This document shows, one piece after another, positions 23,804 to 36,779 of a stretch of 64,000 bases of DNA (positions are counted from its first letter, which is position 1; each line of letters opens with the position of its first letter). The DNA is from Octopus vulgaris (lineage: Eukaryota), in the NCBI GenBank assembly GCA_951406725.2, contig OX597826.1:34224001-34288000 (forward strand), written 5' to 3'. A model generated the notes under the pieces. It made no database searches. It saw only the letters and a list, made by a program, of their open reading frames with translations, and was not told where the DNA came from. The position numbers were made by a program, and so were the translations under genes.

Positions 23804-24805
23804 ACATACATAGATCCATACATATATTATGTTATTTTGTAGTAAAGTTTATATTACCATATTAAATTCGTGTACTCAAGCTACCGTTAAGCTTAGCACC
23901 GAAATAAACTCATGTTGGTTTATGAAAAACTATTTATTATTATACATAGCTCCGTTTCAAAGTTTTATGTGTTACTTTCAGGTTATATAGTGTACTCTGA
24001 TGACAAGCATTTAGTTTTACGACCCAAGAATTCGTTTACTAATTTCACACCATTTCAGATTAATTAACGTTGTATCAAAGTTTCTGTAAGATATGCGACT
24101 ATATAAACAATTTATAATTAGAAAATTTATTTTAATATATATATATCACGTTTGATTTTTTCTTATTTCCGTTCTTTCAATTATATTTTATTGTGTTAAC
24201 ATTTTAGATTCTTCTCTTGGGCGCTTTTATAGATGTTTACACAGCCGAATATATACTACACTGTTTCATTTGAAGAAATTTATTGTCACATTGCTCCTAT
24301 TCTGTATTTGGCACCAAAATGTCCCTCTTTTGTGTTTATTCTTATTAGACAGAATTAGTCACCTATATTGATATAAAATTTTTACATGTCAAATTTCTGC
24401 GATCGTATGTCTTGGTCTTCTTTTCAAGACCTACGAATCTTTAAAACTTGCTGAAAAAAGTAATAGATTTAAAATGTATTTTTCTCCATGTATGTCTATC
24501 AAAAGCAATATTCTCTCAAGCGTAAACAAGCACACACTACACACATATCCTGCACACATACCCGTATATAAATAAATAATAAATATCTACTTGTAACCTA
24601 TTAAACTATAAAACCCAAACAAACTCGAGCAATAATACGAATCTCCTTTGCAGTTTTCTTCTTGAATATATAAGGATGCACACGGAGCCCTCACTGCTGG
24701 TTATTGGACACCAGATGCCAAATTTAATCAAACTATGTAACACATAAATACATACATACATAACAAACACATACTTACATACATACATACATGCATACAT
24801 ATATA

Positions 24806-25000
24806 CTGTTTTACTTGCTTAAGTCATTTGACTGCGGCCATAATGAAGCACCGCATTCAGTTGAACAAATCGACCCATGGGCTTATTCTTTGTGAACCCA
24901 GTACTTATTTTATCGGTTTATTTTCTCGAACCGCTAGGTTACAGGGGCGTAAATACACCAACATCGGTTGTCAAGCGATGATTGAAGGACAAACACAGAC
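24806..25000 (-). mobile_element. SINE family A 3' half
   Basis: agtcatttgactgcggcca...cagtacttattttatcggt...cgaaccgctag...acatcggttgtcaagcgatg. Confidence 0.85.
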
Positions 25001-25249
25001 ATACATACACAAATATAATATATGTATGCTATGAAGATATAGAGGGTAGATAATTTAGAGGATTGTTCTACCAGTGGTCAGCATGCGTAACAGAGTCAAT
25101 AGACAACATATTTTTCATATAAATTAGAGTACATTTCTATATACAAAATTTCATATTAAAAGTTTTCGTAATTTTGAAGAACGTTGGTACGTAATATTTA
25201 TTTGCTGCCGATTGTAGCTGCGCTTGCGCGGTGGATTTGAAAAATTATA

Positions 25250-25900
25250 ATGTATATAGATGGAACATGTGTGACTTCAGTGTTCCACAAATATACATGA
25301 ATTATAGCACCCATGCTGGTGAGACACGGATGGAAATTATTTTATTTGTTCATTGATGTCAAAAATCGTGTACATGTGGTACTCTCTTCTCGGTTACCCC
25401 TGCACACTATGTTCTTAGACACCATATGCTTATATACCTTACCTTATCCTAAAGCCAATCCGTCAATTCCCTCATTACTCTACCTCTCTATCTATTTACT
25501 TTTCTTTCCTTTTACCACTTAATAGCGACCTGTGCTACCATGCTACCATTCTGTTATTGAACGTCTTTTTTCTGGATGTTTACAATATCAAGACTTTAAC
25601 CCACATGGATCTACGCAGGAATGCACCTAAGGACTAATGCACTTATTTTTACAACATCAGAGATTTGAACTATGAATTTTATGCTTCTTTTTTTCTTCTC
25701 TTTCTCTCTTCATCTCCTTCATTAATCTATAGCCTTCTCATTGTCCCTATTTGTCACTGATGACAGAATATCCCATACTCCTGGATATCTTAGAAACAGC
25801 TGTAAGATATTGACATTTTTTTCCAATAATAATCATGTATATGACTTGAGATGCTTGCCTTGCCTTAACGTTTGTTGTCCTCTTTAACAATTATATATCC
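25250..25900 (+). mobile_element. Possible decayed Penelope-like element 3' end
   Basis: HHR at 25752-25815, preceded by a pyrimidine-rich tract and aagactttaacccacatgga, a frameshifted KTL.P.G motif like PLE GIY-YIG C-termini. Confidence 0.5.
25752..25815 (+). ncRNA. Minimal type I hammerhead ribozyme with palindromic stem III
   Basis: CTGATGA (25757), stem II atatcc/ggatat, GAAA (25793), cagctg, TA, aga; stem I imperfect. Confidence 0.7.
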
Positions 25901-26650
25901 GCTATATCGGAAATCTACAATGGCCCCATGACTACCGTCTCGGCAACAACTTTGAAGCCCTAGTAATCCGTTACAGCACTCACCTAACGCACCTAATCGT
26001 TCAGATCACCTGTGAACTAAACTCCCATGCTTTGCATATATACATACATACACTCATACACACATACACACACACACACATACATACACACACACAAACA
26101 CACATATGTATATATAGTCAAAGATTCTGACATCTGACCTCACAATTTTAATCAATGTTTAGTGTATTTTTCGGTATTTCTGTTTAATGATTATCTTCCA
26201 TTTTCCTCACACACACCGTATCCTTGCACCCGTCACACGTAATGAATCTATTTTATATAGCAATAACCGTTATATATCCGTAGCTATACGCTTTATTATA
26301 CAAATGTGTTTGGGTTTACATACATACACGCCTACACATACAGTTATACATTCATACATACATACACATATAACTATATATGTACACACGCACACTGACA
26401 CATGCGCACGTGCACACACACAAATTTAAATACAAATATACATACATAGATTTATATATATTGTATGTATAGATTTAGACGTAAATATACTGTTGTCTTC
26501 AAACACACACACACATATATACACGCTACAACCATGATATCAACCATGATATCAACAGGCAAGCAGGATAAAGAATAAAGGACAGACACACAGAAAAAGT
26601 ATTAGATGGAGTGATAAAGAGATATTCAGTTAGTTATTTATTTATTCATT

Positions 26651-26850
<200 letters not shown>

Positions 26851-28171
26851 TAGAAAGAAAAATGTATGTTACGTGTATTTATGCTTATATTTCATTATAT
26901 ATATTTTCAGACAGGTTTTTTACTGCTGTCATTATTTTTCCTATCAATTTACTTTCTACATTATTCATTGTCAATAGAAAAACAAATTTATTGAATTAAA
27001 ACTTCAATCAATTGAAAATAACAAGATGTTATGTCTCAGGTGTTAAATGGTATTTATTTGATTATTTTGTAAAGATCTGTCTCATAATTTTTAATTAAAG
27101 ATGTTTTATTTGCCGACATAAAATACACTTTTGTTATTCAATTACAACCTTTAATCAGAGTATTAAACATGCCTGTGAATAGCAACAATGTTTAAGGTGT
27201 CTGTGCACATAAGTAAAATCATTGATTACTGTAAATAAATGTGATGTGCAGGAGTATGTGTTAGTGTGTAATTTATCAAATTATACATCAATATTTTCAT
27301 CTTTTGACATTGGAAACTGAGAGAGCAGTTAAAAATTCGATTGCTTTGCTTAAATGTTTGCAAATCTTTCAGAGACTTGCACGAAAGGAAATCACGTAGG
27401 TATTTAGAACTACAAAAAACAAAGAAGATGAAAAAGAAGGTAAACCGAGTGATGTCTTCCGTTTGCAAAAATGCTGGTAGATTAAATGACAAAAGATTTG
27501 TTTTAACTTTTAATCTTACAAAACTTATTGTTGGTCAACTTTTTGGAATTACTCTGAAATATTTATGAATCAAGTCAATCGTTGCTTCTGTAAAAAGTAG
27601 ACACTAACTAATCATTTATTGCAAATAGTACTCCAGTAATACTGTCGTTAAAACTGTGACATTTTGAAGAAGTAAGATAGGCTTGTAGCGCTCTTGTAGC
27701 TCATAACTAATTCAAAGAAGTATTGAAAAATTTCAAATACTTGATGTTATGATGTAGTTTAATAATACATTAACAGGATTCAGCTGTATATAAGAATAAA
27801 TATTTCATAGTAATAGATAGATTGAGGACGTAGGTGTGAGTATGAAAAGCAACACTTTGCTTCGTAACAACGAGATTTCGTGTTCCATGCGATTGCTCTG
27901 TATCTGGGTCAGGTGTGTTCTTAATTATTTGAGAATTAATAGCCTTGTGAAAGAAAATTAGATGGACGAAGACTTTGTAAAACCTCACATAGAAATCCCA
28001 CTCATATATTTAGAACGTTCATTTTTAAATGTATAGGAAAGATGTTTCTGTGTCTAGCTGTCGATGAAGAACATCCAATGCATCCGATGTGTAGTAGTTA
28101 CAGAGGAACTTTGCCCAGAATGAAGCCTAGCTCAAAATTTCATTCTTAGAGAAGAATGTCTGATGACTCTA

Positions 28172-28380
28172 AGACTGGCAGAATCGTTAGCACGCTGGAG
28201 GAAGTGCTTAGCTGCATTTCGTCCGTATTTACATTCTGAGTTCAAATTCCGCCAAGCTAGACTTAGACTTACATCATTTTGTGGTCAATAAAATGAATAC
28301 CAACTAAATATTGGGGGCCAAGTAATCGACTCTCTCCCAGCCTCCAAATTGCTGGCCTTGAGCCAGAATTTGAAGCAAAT
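28172..28380 (+). mobile_element. SINE family B
   Basis: ctggcagaatcgttagcacgc...ttctgagttcaaattccgcc...aaattgctggccttgagccagaatttgaa. Confidence 0.88.
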
Positions 28381-30227
28381 TATTCAGATGGCTGCTACAA
28401 GAATACAATTCTTGAATTTTCTGGAGAATTTGATGTACAACTATTCTCCCAATTCAAGACCTCTGCGCAGCTCCATGTCACGTTAAAACCAATGAATATA
28501 TTTGAAATACTGGAAGTTCGAAACTGATGAGAGTAGGTCAAATTGTCAGAAGGATTTGTATTGCAAATGTTGTGTTTTTACTGACATTACTGCCACATTT
28601 AATTATATGAAATTCTTGTCAATCATACTTCTTAAATTTAAAATTGTTTATTTCCTCAAATTACCTAAGCTTCACGCTCTCTGCATCAAAAACAGATATT
28701 CTATAAACATTTTTTGACTCATTGAAGATGTTGTGGGAAGAGAAACGTATGAAGTCTTTTAAACAAACATATTTAGATCATAATCAAAAATTAAAAACTT
28801 CAAAATGTTAATGTTTGTCCGGCTTGTTTCACTGGTTTTCTCTGTATATATTCATCTTTGATATCATCTAAACTTTCTCTTTTAATTGTGTTTGTACACA
28901 ACAAAGTAACAGATTCTTGTGCGTATATATGATATGAAACACAAATAAAAAATTCATCAAAGCATTTAATGAATGTACTCAATCTTATTTACGCTAGTGT
29001 AGTAATTCTACTACACACCTACCTACACACACCAGCACACATATATATGTATGTGTATAGGTTAGGCATATATACATTCACACACACATATATATACACG
29101 TACACACGCACACACATACACACACAAACATACATACATATATATATATAACATACATATACATATTGTGTATGTAGGCATATATGTATATGAATAAATA
29201 CAGATATTTCTGTACATAAGAATATACAAAAAATAAAAATATAGATAGAGATATGCTTTGGATTTAAAGAATATTAAACATTTTATCTGTAACTCGTGAA
29301 TGACTAAGCTTTAGATGCAAAGAAGGTTGTTTTTTCAGTTTTTGAAGACTTATAAACTACTGGCTGGAAATTATAGTTCTAAACATATGTTTCGAATACA
29401 CATAAAAGTCTTTGATAGCAGTCTTAAACCTCTAATTTGATTAAGATTATTTTCTAGATTTTCTAAATCTCACATAAATCATGGCAAACAAAATTAAAAC
29501 GTAATTGAGCTGCCGTAGTTCTAGTATTAAAAGAAGTTCTTGAAAACTTTTCGCATTTCTTAACGAAATTAGTCTCTTCACTCTTTCTCTTCCCCTCTCT
29601 CTCTTTCATACATACAATGCAGAGTTCAGACGTAAAAAAGTAAATGATGAAAATTATTGCAATGCGTCGAATTAGCAATTTTACTTTTTAAAACCTAGAA
29701 TCATATTATACATGATGTTAATGTGAATAAGATTTAACAGTTTAATAAGTTCTGAGAAATTTTAAACAATTTCTTTTTTACGTTACATTTATTTTATACA
29801 CAAGAACTACGAACATATGTTTCGGAGAGGAACATATAATATGGAGCTAATTCAAATATATTACTGCGGCCAGCTTTATTAAATCTTTTACAACTAGATT
29901 TGAACTAAAAAATAAAAGGAATGAATCCCATTAAATTGTGCTAGCAATTTAAATCATTTGCGGTCTTTCATTAATGTATCTCTTATGTTACAAATTATAA
30001 TGGTATGTGTTTTGCTTGAGAGTCATATGTAAGGTTGATTACTCTTTCACTTTTTAAAATGTAAAAATATAAAATAACAATATGGACTTATATTTGTAAT
30101 GAGAGTGAAAAAATTAGATGACCTATGTACAACAGTTAAACACAGCTGGGAACGGCTAAAATCTCAGTATGTTTTAGTCAGAAGATACAATCTACAGCCT
30201 CGACATTGTTAGATAAAATTTATTCCA

Positions 30228-30625
30228 TTTTCTTTTTTCAGTCGTTATATTGCGGCCATGCTGGGGCACTACCTTGAAGAATGTTAGCCGAACTAATGAA
30301 CTTATTTTGTTTTTCTAAATACTGGTAATAATTCTAGATAATTATTTTGCCGAACCACTAATGTTACGGGGGACATAAACACACCAACATCGGTTGTCAA
30401 GCGGTGGTGGGGGACAATCACAGAAAGAAATACACGCGCGCACTGAACCTTCTCCTACTATATACAACAGGCTTCTTTCAGTTTCCGTCTACCAAATCCA
30501 CTTACAATGCTTTGGTCTATCCGAGGCTATAGCAGAAGATAATTGCTCAAGATGCTACGCAGTGGGATCGAAACCGGAAACATGTGGTTGAGAATCAACT
30601 TTCTTATCACACAGTCAAGCCAGCT
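30228..30625 (-). mobile_element. SINE family A, microsatellite linker not expanded
   Basis: tgcggccatgctggggcac...ttttgccgaacc...ggcttctttcagtttccgtctaccaaatccac...cttatcacacag. Confidence 0.88.
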
Positions 30626-30784
30626 ACGTTAACGATACATTTATAATATCTAACAAGAAGCGAAATTGAATAGAAACTCAATCAGACTCTGTAGTCTAGT
30701 AGTTAAATCAGCGACACTACCTATTAACTGTATCACAATGCAAGTGGCTGAGAATTCCGCAGAGACGTGAACCTTTAATGCAAT

Positions 30785-31292
30785 ATTGGTTACAAATTTT
30801 GGTACAACCCAGCAGGTTAGTTGTTTGTTCCTTCTCGAGCCATGCCTTGTTTCCTTGGGATATAGGTTCCCCACCTGGACGGGACGCCGGTCTGTCGCAG
30901 GTGAACTGCAAGATGCAGGAGAAAAGAGTGAGAGAAAGTTGTGGCGAAAGAGTCAGCAGAAGTTCGTCATTACCTTCTGCCGGAGCCGCGTGGAGCTTAG
31001 GTGTTTCGCTCATAAATACACACATCGCCCGGTCTGAGATTCGAACCTGCGATTCCTCGACCTCGAGTCCGCTGCTCAAGCTACTAGGCCATGTGACTCC
31101 ACTGCAGGTTAGTAGGACGTGGTTAGTTGGTTACATCAAGCCAAGTACTCAACAGATACTTATTTTATCGACTCCGAAAAATATATAAGGCAAAGTCGAG
31201 CTCAGCGGAATTTGAAATCAGAACGTGAAGACGGACGAAACTTTGCAAAGCATTTTACTCGGCGTGCCAAAGATTCTGCCAGCTCGCCGGCT
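30785..31292 (-). mobile_element. SINE family B interrupted by family C SINE
   Basis: Tail acaaattttggtacaacccagca (30792-30814) and body 31114-31292 (cggaatttgaaatcagaacg...attctgccagctcgcc). Confidence 0.8.
30822..31103 (-). mobile_element. SINE family C, well preserved, with 10-bp TSD, nested in a family B SINE
   Basis: tRNA-like head tggcctagtagc...ggactcgag...ggttcgaatctc; TSD gcaggttagt at 30812-30821 and 31104-31113. Confidence 0.9.
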
Positions 31293-33479
31293 CACCGTGT
31301 GATGAAACAGTAAAATGGAAACGATTTACCAATTCTCATTTTTACAGAATCATGGAATGAAGCACATAAATATTATAGCTCCTTTTGGATACATCAGTAT
31401 TTGAAGAACCATTGCCTATTTCAGTGACATTAGCTGTGAAGAGCGTATGATCCTAGCCTCTGTAGCAGTCGGTCAGTTCAACATTAACTGTGAGCTGTTA
31501 ACTGGATTCTAATGTACAGGGAAATAAAATACGTAAGGATGATGATGGTGGTGAGCTTGATGTAGATTATGGTAATGGTAATGGTATTGATGGTGACGAT
31601 ATTGCTCTTGTTAACGGGTGGTGAAGACGATAATAATGGTCATGGGATTGGGAATATGGTAATGCGGATACTGATGCTGATGATACTGCTGCTTATGTGA
31701 CATTGACTGTACTAGAGATGACAGTTATAAATGTGGTGGTGATGACGACGGCGACGACGGCGACGATCTTGATGACGATGACAACGACGATATTGATGGT
31801 ATTGATGATGAAGATAATAACAATGAAGATGGTGATCAGGATGATGATGAGAACAACAACGATGACGATGACGATGACTAAAACATCATTTACACGTTAT
31901 CTGCCGTTCGATCTGGTGTTGTCCGCATTAATATGGGAGAGAGACAACAGAGTCGATGATATGAATTTGACGTTAGTTTACAGTTGAACTTGAGGAGTTT
32001 TCAAAGACTTTGCCATTCCTGATTTTTATTTATTTATTTTTTTTGGAGGACCTCAAATTTATGACTGTAAAAGAACTTATATATTACCCCAATCCTTGTT
32101 TGGCGTAACAGCTAAATATCTGTCAGTGATATACCCTCTCCTCTTTGACACAGTCTCTGTGCTTTATCTAAAACTTTCAACAACAGAATAACCCATAATA
32201 TAAACTCTAATATCTGTGGTTTCAAATAAAAAAAGAACAAAAAAAGAGAAAAAGCTGATTAGACATTCTGCCTTATCCTATGTCACTATGCTAAAGGTCT
32301 ATTCAGCTTCAGCAACAACTACATCAATAATAAAAACAAGAACAACGACATCAAAGACAATATTGATGATAATCTTTTCTCCAAATGTCTGTTTATGTAT
32401 GGCAGTAAATTGCTGTGGTTTCCCGAATAACTTGAGTGTAGTATCAATTATGATTAACTTAAATAGGTTACAGGCTTAACATATTTCAGTAAGATTTGGA
32501 AATCGATAATTGGAAAACTCACTCCGTATATAATGTACGAGATATTTGTTGCCAAGTCATATAATCTGCAATATATGCATTATGTTTCTTTTGTCCGGTT
32601 TTACGCTACATACGATAACTGATAGCTTATCTATCGGATAATCACCGACCATCACATCGGACATTGTGTAATTGTCTTTCATGTTGAAACGCGTTTCTTA
32701 CAAATGTCTAACAAGACCAGACTTTACCAAGCTTCCATCCAAACACACTTTCAGAGATGCTTTTGGTTACATTTCAACTTTTCTGTGACAATAAAAAACG
32801 TCGTTTTCAGCTAAACCTAAGCAAATTGAATATTATAAGCTTCAACTTTAGTCTTGCCAAAATTTAGGTTATTAATAGAAATAACAGATATCTGTTATAG
32901 TCTGATTTACAATGTGAATGTATTTATTCAGAGCAATGGTTCTAAAGTGATCTACAGAACAAATGTGTACCTCAAACAATAGCTGTTCAAAATATAATTT
33001 AAGGATGTAGAAAAAAATCAATATTAAATCTTGAAAATCTTGGAAGACATGCCTGTGCAGTTAAAATGGTTTTGATTTAAATACTACTGTAACTAAATTT
33101 GGTAGATATAAACAGACAGATATCCACGAAGAAAACAATTAAAAGTATGCAAACGGGGAAAACACCTTGCTAAACACAAAAATAGTATCGCCCTTGAGTT
33201 GGTCAACGTGTGGCAAGGCTTGCATTTCTCAGGCTGGTTTCACTTCACGTCTCAGAATTCATCTTTATGTTGTTGGCCCAAGAACACAAAGATTATTCTA
33301 CTAGACATGCTCATACACTATATTTCTAATAAACATGAGTCATGTTATGATCAAAAACGGCATTTAGATATCCATGTATCATGCTAGACAAACAACACTG
33401 TGTCAATTAATGTGGCACTATTTGTAATGCAATTTCCCACCACACTCGGAAGGTAAAAGTCACATGACAACAAATGGGC

Positions 33480-33740
33480 AAAGCATATCTAAGAAGAAGT
33501 GGTCAAGTTTCGAACTGGAGCGGACTAGGTTCATATATACAGGTTCGTGTCTTTATACGTACGCCCTCATCGCATGGTAACCCACATGGGTTTGTTTACG
33601 TTCCCCTAAATTAGTAGTTCGGCAAAATGTCTGATAAAATAAGTGACAGATTTAAAATTAACAATTCAGGTCCATTTGTTGCACAAAACCCTTCAATGTG
33701 GTTTAGTATGGCAGCAGTCCAACGTGTTAAGCCAATAAAA
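33480..33740 (+). mobile_element. Old SINE family A remnant
   Basis: gtttgtttacgttcccctaaattagtagttcggcaaaatgtctgataaaataagt...tatggcagcagtcc. Confidence 0.55.
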
Positions 33741-34179
33741 TCACAACATATTGTAACTATTTAACATTTTGACATCAGATTTTCAAGTTTACCATCTGAA
33801 GTTCATCATTGTTTTTCTGATCTGAAGAAGTTCACGGAATGAAAAAAAAAGACCAAGCATCTATGGCTTCGGAGGAGATAAAAATGAAAGCAATAATAAT
33901 TAGTTTGTTGTGAAATAACTGTGAAACTTCGAATATTCTGACAAAAGCAACAAAGTTTGTGCAATGCATTTTGGCAATGTTTTCTTTTCCAAAAACATGA
34001 TGTCAAAGTCAACCGAAACTGCTGTATACAGGAGGGAATGTGATCTTTGGTACTCAGGAAATATTATTGAATGGAAACGGAAATAACAAAGAGAACGTTG
34101 ATGAGATGATATACCAGAGGTGGAGTGGAAATAATAGCATTCACAATAGTATTAGTGCACAGTTAAAAGCCAAAAACAG

Positions 34180-34266
34180 TGGTAGTAACAGTAGCAGCAG
34201 CAGCGGCGAAAGTAGTAATGGCAGTACTAGTTGTAGCAGCAGCAGCGGCAGCAGCAGTAGTAGTAA

Positions 34267-34320
<54 letters not shown>

Positions 34321-34396
34321 CAGCAACAGTAGTAGTAGTAGCAGCAGCAACAGCGGCGAAAGTAGTATTGGTGGCAGTACTAGTTGTAGTAGTAGC

Positions 34397-34473
<77 letters not shown>

Positions 34474-34490
34474 CAGCAGCAGTAGCAGCC
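34180..34490. repeat. Compound (AGT)n/(AGC)n repeat with ~150-bp higher-order duplication
   Basis: gcggcgaaagtagta...ggcagtactagttgtag occurs at ~34203 and ~34353. Confidence 0.9.
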
Positions 34491-34804
34491 GCAGGAATAA
34501 CAGCAATAACTTTTATCGTCATTATGAGCGTCATGATAATCATTATTAGACATGTGTTAATGGCGGTGAAAATTTGTTTGATTTTGTAGAATTTCAGAAG
34601 CCAACCAGTGTGCGAATTTGTTGGAGCAGAGAACCAAATGACGTGGACTAATTGTTCCGGTTTTCTGTTCTCTGAGTTCAAATGTTGCCGAAAACAAATT
34701 TGCTTTCATCCTTTCTAGGTCAATAAAAGAATAAGTTAATATATTATTAGTTTGACAGAACTGTCTGTCTGTTACACAAAAGCTATTACAATGTTTGTTG
34801 TTGA

Positions 34805-35010
34805 AGGCGGCGAGTTGGCAGAATAGTTAGCACTCGGGGCAAACTGCTTAGCAGCGTTTCGTCTGTCGTCACGTTCTGAGTTCGAATTGCGCGGAGGTCT
34901 ACCTTGCCTTTCATCCCTTCGGGGTCGATAACATAAGAACCAGTTCAACATAGGTGTTGATGCAATAGACTGAACCCCTTCCCTGAAACTGGAACCCACG
35001 TGCCAGAATA
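34805..35010 (+). mobile_element. SINE family B (preceded by an older fragment at ~34620-34735)
   Basis: ggcggcgagttggcagaatagttagcac...gttctgagttcgaatt...gcctttcatcccttcggggtcgata. Confidence 0.88.
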
Positions 35011-35957
35011 ATAAAGATGTTTCCGTTCTTCGTGTGCTATAGTAATGGGTGGTAGACTTATCCCACAGCCGAATCATCAAAACCGTTTGGTCCTTGGGTG
35101 ATTCCATGAGAATACGTCGTCTCATAAGCATTTGGGCATCTTTGGTTTGAGAATAACTGATTTCCAGCATCACAGAAACCCTAAAAAATATAAGCAAACG
35201 GTAAAATATTATAAACGGAACTTAAAACATTTCTGAGATTGGTTAAATTGCAAGATCAAGAGTGACCTGGCAAGAGGAATGGTATATAGTAACTTTAATT
35301 GTTCTCTGTCAGGAAAGGTATCAATCTGATATTTAAAGCTGCAAGACACTTGTCAAGGAAGAGAAAATAAAATCATGTAAGCATTTTGGCATCTCTTGAT
35401 ATATACATTTTCATTGTAACTCCATTCATATAAATATACACATCTTGTACACATCATTCTAGATAACTTCTCTATAAGCAACTTATCTACAATGATATAT
35501 ACAGGTTTCAGAAATTTTCAATTCTAAATTTTATTATAAGAAGAATCTATATATTTACAAAGAACTGAAATTATAAGTAAGAATATATGCTGCGGGATTC
35601 CTGTAGAAATTAAGTATTGTGATAGTCACAGAATATTGTCTTCTCCACAAATCTCTTACTATATAAGTAATATATTTATTACTCACCAAGAAATTATGAT
35701 TTGGAAATGGAACTCGTTGCCGTAACAATATTAAAAATTCGTCAAATTGTATCAATATAAGTATTTATATATGACTGTGAATGTGTTGGAGTTTGTGTGC
35801 GAGCTGTAGGAGAGAACATGATCAAAGCCAAAGGGCGGTCTAACGAAAATAGACGTGGAATTATGTTCATGTTTGAAAATATGTCTGCGAGAGTATACAT
35901 ATATGCAAACGCATATATACTCACACAAATATACATATAACATATGTCTAGATATGT

Positions 35958-36007
<50 letters not shown>

Positions 36008-36670
36008 TGTGTGTGTTTATACGCATACTCACACGCACAGAGGCATATATTCACTAACACACGTGATTATATAAATATATGTGAGCAATATGTTGAAATG
36101 CAGTAATGAATTTATATTCGCATTTTATATATTTAGTAACAAATTCGTATATATGCATGTAGTATATTTATATCTATCTATATGTGTATATATATTTATA
36201 TATCTGTTTATCTATTTATATGCATACACACACACAAACACACTCACACATATATATATAAGGATATATGTATATGTTAGTATATGTGTGTAGCAGTGTG
36301 GAAATGAGAGCATGGTTTATATAAACTTGTTTAAGTTACGATAGAATGTAAATATGGCTGTCTATATAATAGATAAGCGAGAAATATGAAATAAATTATA
36401 TGAAAGGTTTAAAAAAAAAGGAATCGTGCAGTAATTTTTTTTTTAATCGATCAAAATTTTTTAATGTTAATATTTTAACTGGAACATCAGTCGGAATAAC
36501 AATCTCGTTGCAAAAGGAAAATTGAACTCATCACCGCCAGAAAAAAAAAAAATATATTTATATATATAAATATATAGGCATACATACGTTAATATGCATC
36601 CATTCGCGCATGCACACAAACACAAAGCATATATATATATATACTTTATTTAAAGCAGCAGAAAATTCAA

Positions 36671-36720
36671 CAAAACCTGTTACTCTGAGTTTCCCGTTGC
36701 CGTTCGTCGGACAGTTTTTG
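36671..36720 (-). ncRNA. Minimal hammerhead ribozyme variant (U4C core), left arm
   Basis: Minus strand: caaaaactgt CCGACGA a-cg-gcaa-cg-g GAAA ctc-a-gag TA acaggttttg. Confidence 0.7.
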
Positions 36721-36729
36721 GTAGAATGG

Positions 36730-36779
36730 CAAAAACTGTCCGACGAACGGCAACGGGAAACTCAGAGTAACAGGTCTTG
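36730..36779 (+). ncRNA. Minimal hammerhead ribozyme variant (U4C core), right arm
   Basis: ctgt CCGACGA acg-gcaa-cgg GAAA ctc-a-gag TA acag; predicted cleavage after 36769. Confidence 0.7.

Noticed and set aside
31025-31103. tRNA gene
   Set aside because: The tRNA-like head runs into a SINE body bounded by a TSD and has no proper acceptor stem
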